From NCBI GenBank assembly GCA_964016885.1, contig OZ024741.1:47182001-47246000 (forward strand): a stretch of DNA of 64,000 bases, given 5' to 3'. This stretch comes from Eledone cirrhosa. Taxonomy: Eukaryota. Positions within the stretch are counted from its first letter, which is position 1. Each line of letters starts with the position of its first letter. The notes below the pieces were generated by a model. The model was not told the origin of the DNA, made no database searches, and saw only the letters and a program-made list of their open reading frames with translations. A program made the position numbers and the translations under genes. This document shows positions 14,941-27,257 of this stretch, piece after piece.

Positions 14941-15092
14941 CCCCCCTCCCCCATTGCAATCCTATGGATTATTAAATGTGGTTGAAAAAGACACCAACTG
15001 TACCGCCTGTAACACCAAGACTTAGCTGATCGTCAAGATTAAGGAGGTGTTTGAGGCTCTCTTGTGGAGGATGCCGAGGGAAGCTTCTTTAA

Positions 15093-17578
15093 CCCTTTAG
15101 CATTCAAACCGACAAGATTATGTCCCCTTTCATTTATTCAAACCGACAAAAACCGACATTTAATACTACACGGAGATCTCCTAAAAATAAACATCGACAT
15201 CATCAAAATCTCGTCAATTCGAGATTACTGCGAGATAATTAACTCTTAGTATAGTTAAAGAACTTGCGATAACACGTGTTTTTAACGTTGAAAGTGTAAC
15301 ATGGCTTCCGAAAGTAGCAACAACGAATTTGAAGGTTTTACATCCTACAACATTCAAGATAAAAAAGAAACAGAAGATAATTGTTTCTACTTTAGGCACA
15401 AGGCCAGCAATTACCCAGTACATTACTGGTACTTTATTTTATCGACCCCGTAAGGATGAAAGGCAAAGTTAACCTCGGCAGGAAACAGAATGAAACAGAA
15501 GATAATATCAGTGATTTATCTTCAAACGAATCAGATATATTTATTTCTGATATATCTGATGATGATGATAGTCACTTTGAAAGTGAAAGCGAAGATATAA
15601 CTGACACCATTGAAAAAACACCAACGTGGTTGAAAGAAACAACACCAATACATGTTTCGGTTTTTACTGAAAATACTGGACCACAACACACATTACCACC
15701 CGATGCTAAAGCACTGGATTATTTTTTTTTATTTTTACCACAAACTTTCTTTGAAGTTGTGGCAGAAGAGACAAATCGCTATGCACAACAACAAATTTCT
15801 AACCGAGGAAAACCTGATCTGTTATGGCGTCCGACAGATTCTGCCGAAATGAAAGCGTTTTTTACCATAAACATTATGTTTGGTATTAAACAATTTCCAC
15901 GACTGTGGAATTATTGGAGTACTGATATTAAGGTTTGGTGACCCTTATATATCTAGTATTATGGCAAAAACGAGATTCATAAAATTAAACCAGTATTTGC
16001 ATCTGGTTGATACTTCAAATGCCCCTGGTAGAAATGAATCAAATTACGACCCACTGTACAAAGTACGACCATTAATTGAAATGTTGTCGGAAAAATTTAA
16101 AAGTGTGTATATACCTGGAAAAAATCTTAGTGTTGATGAAGCTATGATTGGGTATAAGGGTAGGGTTCATTTCAGACAGTATATGCCAGCTAAACCCACC
16201 AAATGGGGCATCAAAGTGTGGGAACTGTGTGAATTGGACAACTTTGATGTTTACACAGGAAAAAAACTTAACGGAGAGAGAAAACACGGGTTGGGTTACG
16301 ATGTTGTGTGGTCGCTGACTCAACCCTTCCACTTTCAACACAGACATATTTATTTTGACCGTTTTTCTTCTTCAGTGCTTTTAGCAGAGGATCTTGCCTT
16401 TGTAAATACATACACCTGTGGCACAATAAGGAGCAATTGGAAAGGGCTACCCCAAGAAATAAAAGTTGGGAAACTGAAAAACAGAGGGGACATTCTCCAA
16501 ATGCAAAAAGAGAACATGTTACCCAGTTGGACGCCCTGGAAAGAAATGGTGGAGGTACATCTTGTAGTTTTTAGTGAATTTAACCATTGTGAATTCTTTT
16601 ATTGTATTTACTAAAAGCCACAAGGATCCGCCACCACCAAAGGACTACTGCCACATGAAATTTCACGTGGACATTGCATCCCAGCTACGTGGAGGATATA
16701 CTTCTCGCAAACACAAAGCTGGGAAAAAATCAAAGTTAGCAGTGGTCCACAAAGAAAATATTGATTTTCATAAAGTGGAGAGAATTGATGGTAGGAGGAA
16801 GGTTTGCCGATTGTGCTCTTTGCAAAAGAGAAAAACTGTTAAAGGTTACGCAATCCAAACCCTATTTATGTGTTCCTTTTGCAAAGTGCCATTATGTAAA
16901 GGGTGCTTTGGGCAGTATCACAATAGAAATATTGTCTGACAATATTGAAAACAATATTTAAAAAATATATTAGAACATATATACAAAAACACCTGCATTC
17001 ACCTGTGTCACACTTGTTAATGAACTTATATATTGGGAACATTCTGTTACGTAAATTTACACCGTACATTGTGTAAGAGTACATTGCCAATATTATTTTG
17101 ACTGGTGAAAAGGTTTTATACATTTTTTTCAATGAGAATATTTGCCTGGAATGTAGAGAAAGACTAAAACCTTGTACTGATTACACCTGCATTTATAATT
17201 AATTCACCTGTTCGGAAAACTGCTAGAATTGATGGAAATCAGCATCTAAGTCATTATTGGATTTATTTTTGCAACAAATCTAACAGGTAAGGCAGATAAA
17301 GTTTAAATTTTTGTGTTTATCCATAAAGTTATTACTTTTACACCTGTTAATTAATTTCACCTGCCCATAAAAGTCAAATTTAACAAAAAAAAATCAGGTA
17401 AAAATATATAATTGTAAATTATAGTTATTTAAACATCTGACAAAATTTCAAGTCTGCACATAGAAAATTAAAGTAATTACAAACAAATAAAATTGATAAC
17501 CCTCTTGAGTATAATTAAGTGAAAATAATGCAAATAGATGAACATGACATTTGACAATTCAATGTGAATGCTAAAGGG
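15093..17578 (+). mobile_element. piggyBac transposon (PGBD4-like), defective
   Basis: TTAA TSDs at 15089-92 and 17579-82; perfect 14-bp TIR CCCTTTAGCATTCA. The transposase starts at ATG 15301 with LSVDEAM, YMPAKPTKWGIK, YFDRF and a C-terminal CRLC...CSFC...LC..CF..YH. The third catalytic Asp region is deleted near 16525. Confidence 0.96.
15382..15481 (-). mobile_element. 5'-truncated SINE family B inserted in the piggyBac ORF
   Basis: Matches the SINE at 46865-47051. Flanked by a 15-bp TSD GAAACAGAAGATAAT (15367-81 and 15492-506). Confidence 0.85.
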
Positions 17579-17899
17579 TTAAGTGAATTTTCTTTTTTGA
17601 TTGTTTTAATCTTTATGCCACTTTCTATTTTCACAATAAATTTATTTTTGGCCGAGATTCACTTTTTTTCCCCGCATTTAGCGCAAACGCCCTGTATATA
17701 TTTAATTTTGAAATAATTAAAATTAACGAACCTAGACCTATTACACTGGTCAACAAAAAAATGTTTTTCATGGTTCTGGTATGATCTGGTCTGAGTTATG
17801 AGTAATCAAGGGTGCTGAATCCGAATATGACAACGATTAAGCCATATAAGATCTAGTTTTCAAGAACCTACATAACAGTTTATGTGACTCATATAAGGC

Positions 17900-18008
17900 A
17901 GCTCACATTATTTTCTCCATGTTACATCCATCAGATTACCATTTATTTAGAAGTTTGCAAAATTCTTTGAATGGTAAAACTTTCAATAATGATGATGACC
18001 TGAAATCT
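17900..18008 (+). mobile_element. Mariner (DD34D) transposase C-terminal fragment
   Basis: PSDYHLFRSLQNSLNGKTFNNDDDLKS follows a decayed YSPDLAP motif. Confidence 0.8.
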
Positions 18009-18009
18009 C

Positions 18010-20258
18010 TCGATGTCGGCCAACATAAGGATTTCGTCACTCTTCTGAAGAGAGAAAATCCATCTGTATTTACTGTTCGTTGTGTCATTCATCGACAACA
18101 TTTGGCTGCGAAGAAACTCAACAAGCCACTGAGCAAGTCCTTGCAGGTGGCCATTGATGTCATCAATTTTATCAAACGCCATGCCTGCAATGAACGAATT
18201 TTCTGGCAACTGTGCCAAGATAATGACGAAGAATTTGTCGAGTTGCTCCTTCATACTGAAGTGAGGTGGCTTTCAAAGGGCAAATGCTTTACTCGTTTCT
18301 TTGAATTGTTCGACTATCATTGAGTTTCTTTGAGGATGCAACACAGAACTGTACAAGAAAACCCTCGCTGTGAGGCAAGACTGTGCCTACCTCGACGACA
18401 TCTTCGACAAATGCAATAGTCTCATTATGGCTTTGCAGGGATACAGATATTCTTTGCTCACTGTCACCAAGCATCTCAATTCATTCGTTGCAACTAAGGG
18501 CGATCCTTGGTTTTAGTGTCCTAAATTATCATCATCGCCATTCAATTATTAGCTCCACCCACTATACGATACGCTGCTGCTTGATTTTTACGTTCATTTT
18601 CTTACATGCTTCATCATTTTTACATGAATATTTATTTACAGTTTTTAACAGAAAAAATATTGCTGCGAAATGCATTTTTTTTTAACAGATTTACAGTTTT
18701 TAACAACAGAAAAAAAATTTCTTTAAACAATATAGTGTTGCGATATACAGTTTAAAATCTTTTCAAAACATTTACCTTCACCAGTTGGATATGTGGCATT
18801 GCATCATCGCCACTCAAACTCCCTTAAATACAAGCAGGTGTTGGTCGACAATTCAGTTCAGCGATGTCTCTCATTCGTTAAATTGTCACGCATCGCAATA
18901 GTTATTCGAAAGAGCATGGCTGGAAGACCGCGTGCAGCACAATTTATTGTTGAGAATATTAATTCACCAGAAGAAACTTTAAATATGTATTTAACACACC
19001 GTGAAATGCATTTAATTACCGCAAATAATCGCTCTACTCTGGAATTTCTGGCTAGCAACCGGTTAATTTCAAATACTGCTAATTGTACTGCCTGCAATAT
19101 TTTATGTTCGTTTGTGACTTTGAAAGACGGGATTGATGGCTTTAGATGGAAATGTAAGGCAAGACTACGCCTACTTAACCAACATCTTCGACAAATGCAA
19201 TAACCTCATAATGGCTTTGCAGGGGGAGAAGATCACCTTGCTTAAAGCAAGGAATGCTGTGAAAACATTCCTGGCCAAATTGAATGTCATCGAAAGGAAT
19301 CTTTGTCGAAGGAAATTCTATCATTTTCCTAGTGTTGCCAATGTTCAAAACATTCTGAGCGATGACCAACTCCAAATTTATACCACTCACCTGTGCACTA
19401 CAAGACAACATGAGAGAACGGTTTGTCAATCTTTGGACGTTAAATTTCAGGAAGAATTCATTGAACTTCAAACAGATGACATCATCAAAATTAGATTTTC
19501 CAAAATAGGTGAACCCCTTTTTTGGATGCAAGAGGAAATTCAGTGTCGATTTCCACTCCTATATGCAGAGGCTAAGAGATTTACTCTGCCTTTTCCAAGC
19601 TCATACTTATTCGAGGGGGGGTTTGGCGCCGTTTCCAGACTGGACAGTTAGGCTCGCAACCACTACAATGTAATTACATGTGGAGATCTTCGGCTACATC
19701 TTACGAAAATCCAGCCCGACGTCAAAGAGTTAGCTAGACTCCATGAAGCTCAAGGATCCCATTGAAATGAGGTCAAAGTTAAAGTAAGTCTATTTATCCG
19801 AAAACTTGGATATGCTATTATTACGAAGCAATCTAACAAGTGGAACTAACATTAAAAGGAAAATTGGAAAGCTTTGAAATGATATAATTGCCATTTTCTT
19901 CCAGATAAGAGCACTCTTTGAATAGACAGTTTGGATAGACAGTTGCTCTTGCATAAATGTTCAAAATAGCTGGTATCACCTGGTGGGAATATAACAAATT
20001 CAACTGGTCCTTATTCATAAAAAAAAACATTTATGTTCCTTTTTTTTTAATTTATATAAATACTTCCTTTCAAAGGAATGTATTTATACTCTCAACTGCT
20101 TGCAATGGTATCTTTGGAATATTGTTAATTTTTTAGTAATCTACTGATATCAAAATCAGTAGTATATTGAAAAATGGGAAAATAGAGTAGGGAGGGGGCG
20201 TTTCATGATTTCGAGGGGCAAAAGGGAGCGTTTGGCCGAAATGGGTTAAGAACCTGTG
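18010..20258 (+). mobile_element. 3' half of hAT (Buster/Charlie) transposon(s), interrupted
   Basis: CVIHRQHLAAK, HTEVRWLSKG and PFPSSYLFEGGF. Right-end TIR-like GGTTAAGAACCTGTG followed by TACTAGAC (Charlie-like NNCTAGAN target). A ~65-bp segment is duplicated at ~18373 and ~19157 around an insert. Confidence 0.85.
18499..19155 (+). mobile_element. 5' fragment of a Merlin (IS1595/ISXO2-like) transposon
   Basis: LEFLASNRLISNTANCTACNILC...DGIDGFRWKC matches the Merlin N-terminal zinc ribbon (FL...LL...CxxC...DG..WRC). GGCGATCC at 18499 may be the TIR start. Confidence 0.6.
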
Positions 20259-21490
20259 TACTAGACGAATGGCTGACACACCACAACTTTAACCACGAAG
20301 ACTTTGCACAACAAACGTTTAAAGTCTGCCATAAGATCAACCCCAAAATAAACGGCTTACACATAACTAGAGTGAACAATTTGGGAAAAAGCTACATACT
20401 TAGATCGATATGCAACGGCCTCATGAACTGTGGAAGTACGAGATGCCAAGCAGCAGACAGCTTCACTTTCGGAAGATGTATAGATAAAACATTGATATAT
20501 ATACAGACGAAAGGTGGTTTACCACAAACAATGTAGAAGAAGCGAAATGCATTCTAGAAAACGCAGCTACATATATCAACATTAAGCACCAAAGCGAGAG
20601 AATTCTTAAAAAAACACCATCGCTATCCACAAGCAATGTCGAGCCATGGAACACAGTACTTAATGAAAAAGACGCCATATTGAATAGACTATTCTACTAC
20701 GAAAGCAGGGCAGGCCTCTCAAGAGGTTCAAAGACTGTGTGAAGTCCAGCATCAACAACACTGGAATTGCCCCAAAACAACTCGAGTCCCATGCTCAGGA
20801 CAAGACTGTGTGGTGAGCCGTTACCAGACGCGCCGAAGACTCTTTTGAAGAGAAGAGATGGGCAGAGGTCACTGAGGCCCGTGAAAGGAGGAGAAAGACA
20901 TCTGCAGCTGCCCCAAACGACTCTGGTCTCTTCCTCTGCTCCCACTGTCCCCGGACCTGCAAGTCAAGGATCGGCCTCCACAGCCACCTTCGCGCCCACG
21001 GCAGACGGGAACAACAATGAAGAAGATGTCATCATCGTTTACGAAAGACAACCAAGATTCTACTACAAAACAAAAAGAAAAATGTCAACTACAAGATTGG
21101 GGAAGAGTAGAAATCAACCCATTAATGTGGTTAACAGGATGGAAAAAAATTCATTGACAAGTACATTGACAATACATGTACACACACACACAACAATCAG
21201 CTACTTCGAAACACTTTCTATATGCCTGGAATCTGACCAAATGTCACCAAAGAAAAAAAAACTATTCAACGAGGGTAAACAACTAGAGAGAAAATTGAAA
21301 TACTGTCAGCTAGATGAAAACCAACCAGAACAAGCATGCCTATACCACAGCCAGATAGGGCCAGATTGCAATTTTGAAGAACCACCAAAAGCACCACCAC
21401 CAAACAGTCCTGAATGGAGCCCACTACCAATAGTAGATGAAACAGCTGAAGAACTATGACTAGACTACGTACCAAGACCAAACGAATTTG
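20259..21490 (+). pseudogene. Endogenous parvoviral element: NS1/Rep SF3 helicase and C-terminus
   Basis: From 20261: PKINGLHITRVNNLGKSYIL (Walker A), SFTFGRCIDKTLIY(fs)TDE (Walker B), VEEAKCILE...INIKHQSERILKKTPSLSTSN (B'/C) and AILNRLFYY. After an RTE insertion it resumes ...WGRVEINPLMW. Confidence 0.82.
20705..21056 (+). mobile_element. 3' end of an RTE LINE inserted in the viral gene
   Basis: GRPLKRFKDCVK...FLCSHCPRTCKSRIGLHSHLRAH (C2H2 tail). TSD ATTCTACTAC(G/A)AAA at 20691-704 and 21057-70. Confidence 0.88.
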
Positions 21491-21494
21491 TCCA

Positions 21495-21566
21495 ACTACT
21501 TAACAGAGAATACACACCACTACTTAACAGAGAATACACACCACTACTTAACAGAGAATACACACC
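21495..21566. repeat. 3 x 24-bp perfect tandem repeat ACTACTTAACAGAGAATACACACC
   Basis: Directly visible in the sequence. Confidence 0.95.
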
Positions 21567-21782
21567 ACACCTTTTTTGAAAAGATAATTTCCTTGCATGC
21601 AACGAACATTTCGAAGAATTATTCAAACAAGACGTTAATCAATACATTGACAATTTTCAGTAAGCAACAAGATCACAGTTCAGTTGTCTATATTTCTCTA
21701 ACTTTTAAATTAGCTGCAGGCTCTGGTCTGCAGGTCTTAATAAAACAATTGAAGCTTATCGATGTTGTTATTTACTATATTA

Positions 21783-24700
21783 CTCCCTCTGGTTGGAAAC
21801 TGTTGGTGCACAGTCAAAAACCAATTCCGGATTTTAGTTTTTCGTGCCAACTCATTGCGTCGGTGTGGAGTGTGCTGAAACTAAAACATTCACTGCTTAC
21901 GTTCAAAACCCATTCATAATTTAAAAAAACACGACTGTTTCTACCAGAGAATAGTTAAATTTTTTCAGGCCACCCGCAGAGACAAAGTGAATATGGAAAA
22001 GGAAGGGGAAAATAATATGAACAGTAAACAAAGACATGAAAAGCACGAATTAACAAACTCAGAACGAACAGCAGTCTTGCATGCACAACTGGAGAGATCC
22101 AAAGATCATTAGCTAGAACGAGGGGCTATCAAACATGTTGCATCAACATCCGGTATTGGAAGAAACACCGTAGGTAGAATTTGGTCCAGAGCCTTAGAAA
22201 GTTCATCCGATATATCTGTGCCAATGGACGTTTCAAACCGGAAACACCTCACAGGTCGAAAATAGAAAGACTACCGTGCAAATCTGGAAAAATTAAGCTC
22301 CATTCGCTTGCGAAAAAGGAGTACTTTGAGATCTACCGCCGAAGCATGTGGAATCCCGAAGACAACATTGATTGCTAGGATGAAAGATGGTGAGATTAGG
22401 CATCACTCAAATTCTGTCAAACCCTTTCTAACAGCTGAAAACATGAAGAATCATGTTGAATTTTGCTGTTCATACTTGGATATGAATCACGGAAGATTCA
22501 AAGAAATGCTGGCTGTTATACATATTAACGAAAAATGGTTCTATATGACGCAAAATACAAAGAAATTCTATTTAGGGAAGAATGAATGCGATCCATACAG
22601 AACAACTAAAAGCAAGCGTTTTATTACAAAGGTGTAGCAAGAGTTGCCTCCCTTATCACCAGTAGCGCTCTCTAAACAGGAAGTAGCTGGAGTTACTTCC
22701 CGTTGAGGTGGCAGAACCTTTGTCACTTCCGTTCTGGGACCCTATAAAGGAGGGAGCTTTCAGCTCTCTCCCTCTTTTCTAACCTGCCTGGCCCTTCAGC
22801 CAGGCGCGTTCGCCGAGGCTATACTTTCTGGCAACCTGAACATGGTAATGTAAAGACCACTTGGTCTCTTGCGAGATGACTTCAAAACGGTAATACAACT
22901 AACTTTAATTCATTCTTTTATCTCTCTTGGCATGTCAACTATTCTGCTCTACTACATAGCTCAACCTTGTTAAATAAACATTGTACAAACAATCGAGTGT
23001 CCTGTTATATTCATACAACTCAGTGCACCTGTTATAAGTGGTGACCCCGAGAAAAAAATAATAGGATCTGGTGTTGTGTGAATATGAAAAAAATAAGAAA
23101 ATTAATTAGAAAGAAAAAATTCCTCTAACAACATTCCACATGGATTTTGTCTAAAACGAAAAATAGAAGCAATTTTTTTCTCAGCAGCAAACAAACAAGA
23201 AAAAATGTTGTTCTTCACCTAACGTTTACATCGTTTGGGTGTCGCTACTTTTTCGTCACTTTCAAATAAAAAAAATTGAACTCTCGCCATATACAAAGCT
23301 TTTCCTTCTTTTTCATATCACGTTCACAAACAAATTTTTCAAAATGGCTGCCAACGACCTGTTGCACTATCATTTTCACGCCATTTTCTCGCGCAATAGA
23401 AATATTTTTTTTAACACTTGACTTTAACCTTGTTTCGGCACGTGGGAGTACACATCTTGACTCACTGATATAACACACGCCATAGATAATGTTTCTTGCC
23501 AAGGATTCTCCAGCCTTAAGCTATATTCTCCTATTTGCCGGTTTAAAAATTTACCACGTAAATTTGCCGTTGAAAACTGCGCATTTATTCAGAATTATTA
23601 TTTCTTTGGTCGCTGGCCTCTTGACCCTTCCAGGTCAACGCGTTCTCAACATCGACCATCAACTTTGGCTGTTATTTCTAGCACATTGCGCAACTCATTT
23701 TTTCTGGGAAACTTTTTTACTGTGTATCGAAACAAGTTCTAGCCAATGCATCTTTGCTGGCTCACCCAGTGTCCAACGCTAAGCTTTCGCTTTGTGTTGA
23801 TGCGTCGGATACTGCCGTGGGCGCGGTTTTGCAGCAAAGTAGAAACGATCAACAGCAACCGTTGGAATTTTTCTCCAGGAAGCTGAAACCTGCCGAAACC
23901 CACTACAGCACTTTTGGACGGGAGTTGCTAGCAATATATTTATCGGTGAAACATTTTTCGCACATGCTTGAGAGAAGAACGTTTACTATCTTCACGGACC
24001 ACAAGCCGTTGACATTCACCTTGCAAGCTAAAGCAGACAAATACTCACCTAGAGAAACTAGACATCTTGACCTCATCTCTTAATTTACAAATGATATTCA
24101 ACATATTCCGGATCATATCAATACAGCGGCCGACGTCCTGTCTCGTTTACAGATTACTTCAATCTCGTCGCCCGATGACATAGATTTGAATCACTTGGCA
24201 GCCGATCAGCCTACCCTCGAATCGTTGGATGTTACATCACCTGAATTTGTGAATTGCAGGATGAAATACCTACCTTTACCGACCGCAGAGGGATGGATCC
24301 TCTGCAATGTCTCTTTGGATACGCCACGCCCTTTTGTTCCGTTGAACCATCGTCGAACTGTGTTTCTTGTTTTGCACGGCATTTCACATCCTGGATCTTC
24401 TGCCACAGTAAAACTCATAACGGCTAGATTCTTCTGGCCAAATATGAGACGTGAAATTACTGTCTGGTGCCGTTCCTGTGTTGCTTGCCAAAAATCCAAA
24501 GTTCATAGACATATTAAGACTCCTCTTGGTACTTTTAGTAACCCGGACACCCGGTTTCGCCACATTCATGTGGACATCGTGGGACCTTGGCCCATCAGCG
24601 GTGGTTACAATTACTTATTGACGGTAATCGATCGTTTTTCGCGATGGCCTGAAGCCATCCCCTTGAGGGATATCACTGCTGAGACCACAGCGCGTACCCT

Positions 24701-27004
24701 TGTCTGGTTGGATCGCACGATATGGAGTGCCAACATCAATTACCACGGACCGTGGAAGGCAGTTTGAATCAAACCTCTTCCATGAATTGACGAAGATCAT
24801 CGGCGCTAAACGCATACGAACTACTGCATATCATCCTACCTCTAATGGAATGGTGGAGCGCTTCCACCGACAACTGAAAGCCGCTCTACGGACTTCTGAC
24901 TCTACGCGCTGGAGTGAGTACCTCCCTATTGTGTTGTTGGGGATTCGGTCAACAATAAAGGAGGACCTTGGGTTCTCCCCGGCCGAATTGTTATATGGTG
25001 CTCCTCTAGCGTTACCTGGGCAAATGCTTGCCCCTGTCGATCTTGCTGAACAAAATCCGCTTTCCTACGTATCCCATCTGCGTTCTTATTTTCAGGACCT
25101 GCCATCGATGGATACGAGGAAGCAAACTGTACAATTTGCAGTCCCGAGGGATATTGCCTTGTGGACCCATGTGTTTGTAAGAAACGATGCTGTGAAACCA
25201 CCTCTCACACAACCATATTCTGGACCCTACTGTGTATTAGCTCGTTCAGAGAAACATTTCACTGCAGACATTAAGGGTTCCAGAGAGACGGTTTCTATTG
25301 ATAGACTCAAACGACCACATTTGGATACAGATGCTATCGCACCTGAGCCACAAACGCCCCCGTCTTTTTCTTTCGCACACACACCTGCTTCTTCGTCCCC
25401 CCATCGCCAAGATATAAGACTACGATCCGTTCCGGTCGGAGGGTTCATTGGCCCAAAAAACTGTATAGCACAATATATTATTAAACTGCTATTGTGCGGT
25501 GCTTTAATCCTGTAGTGACTTTTGGAACTTTTAGGAAATTGTATTTAAATTTTATGACATTTGTTTTTTCCTTTCACGTTCTTGCATGCTTTTTTTTAAT
25601 ATGTACTTTTGAAACTTTTTGTGCCCTTCATGCTCGGTTGGGCTGATTGCTCCTTGGTTTGGGATTTTTGCTGATTGCTAATCGGTTTTTCTACATGCAT
25701 GATTTTATGAACCGATTTTTATTTAATTTTCTAAAAATCTGGTGGGAGGCTATGTAGAAGATCACGCCATCTAGCGTTGGCTGCCTACACAGTCGATTAA
25801 CTGCCCTTAGTTCTGACGTCACGTTCTGACGTCAGTGGCTGAGACAATAACACTTGGACAATACCACTTGAAGACAATAGGTGTGCGATAATCACGCAGC
25901 GGCTTTAGAGATGACACCAACACCATGTGGCAGTATTTGACGTTTTAAACATATTCCCAACCTAGGAGCATTAATGTATTCATATATACTTTGTAATTGC
26001 TCCTACATATAAATAATGTTTTTTGTAACATAAATTGAGGTATGTCTTTATTCCTTGTTTGAAATGTGCCAGTAAACCATAACCAATTAGACGGGATGAC
26101 TGACGACCACTTCCCGCCTAAAAAGGTTATGTTTTTAGCATCTGTAGTTCAACCACGCTGGGATTCACATCGCAAATGCTATTTTGATGGTAAGCTTGGA
26201 ATTTGGCCATTTGTTACAAAAGAGGTGGCTCAACGTAAGAGTCGAAACAGGCCAAAGTCATGGATTCGGTAACAAAAGAGCAGATGTCAATTTCTAATTG
26301 AAGAAGTCCTGGTTTCAATTCGAGAGAAATGGCCACTTGGATCCAATCGACTACCCATCAAGATTCAGCAAGACAATGCTCGGCCACACATACATCCAAC
26401 AGATCCACTCCTCAAAGAAGCTGCAGAGAGATTGGGATTAAATATTGAATTGGTTTGTCAACCTCCTAACAGTCCTGACCTGAATGTGCTTGACCTAGGA
26501 TACTTCAATGCCATTCAATCCCTACAGCACCAAAAGGCTCCAAGTAATGTTGATGAGCTAATTCTAGAAGTGGAAGACAACTTCCTGAAACTACAGAGAT
26601 CGAAGTTGAACAATATTTTCCTCACATTGCAGCAGACAATGGAGCAAATTCTTTTGGTTAACGGTGGCAACAACTACACACACCAGCATATGTCAAAAGA
26701 AAAGCTTGAAAGAGATGGCAAAATACCAACTTCTATCTCAATTTCAGAAGAATTGCAACGTAAGCAAGATTGTATTGAATAAATCCATTTGACTTTTATT
26801 CGTTATCTTTGTTTCTTGTCTCTCTTTATCATATTTTTGTACAGAATATAATGTACTACTATAACGTTAAAAATTATACATTTTTGAGTTAATTTGTATT
26901 TTCCCTTCTACACCTAACCTAACTAATGGCAACAATTCTATGCACCAACTGTTTCCGACCAACAGCAAAGGTTGTATGCACCAACTGTTCCCGACCAGAG
27001 GGAG
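21783..27004 (+). mobile_element. Tc1/mariner DD39D ('plant mariner'-type) transposon, split by a Gypsy insertion
   Basis: TA TSDs; 28-bp TIR CTCCCTCTGGT(T/C)GG(A/G)AAC(T/A)GTTGGTGCA. Transposase at ~22017-22632 and 26123-26782 with IHINEKWF, KVMFL, IQQDNARPH and PNSPDLNVLD; 39 residues separate the second and third Asp. Confidence 0.95.
22633..26122 (+). mobile_element. Internally deleted Gypsy (CsRn1-lineage) LTR element: 5' LTR, PBS, RNase H, integrase, PPT, 3' LTR
   Basis: Starts TGTAG; PBS TGGTGACCCCGA at 23039; RNase H VDASD...YSTFGRELLAI...TDHKPL; integrase [37 protein letters not shown] and a GPY motif; PPT GGTGGGAGG at 25741; 3' LTR from ~25752; 4-bp TSD AAGG. Confidence 0.92.
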
Positions 27005-27257
27005 TATTATTTATCTATTATCTTTGTGTATATATATATATATATAAGGGATACAGATATTGTTTGCTCACTGTCACAGAGCATCTCAATTCATTCATTG
27101 CAACTAAGTTTGTGATCGAGGTATTTTATTTTGCAAGGTACTATTTTTCCCTCGAGTTTGTGATTTCAGAGAAAGGCAAGAAATTCTTCATATTTTGCAT
27201 CTTTGGTATTTCGACTTTACAGTTTGAATTGTAGAATTGTTTATCCAATCAAAATAT

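Noticed and set aside
17919-18323. Mariner-hAT fusion ORF as a novel chimeric transposase
   Set aside because: A chance in-frame junction of two short decayed fragments; it ends at a frameshift and lacks complete catalytic cores.
20767-21459. 230-aa ORF as a gene
   Set aside because: It is an off-frame read of the RTE 3' end running into the parvoviral remnant across a TSD.
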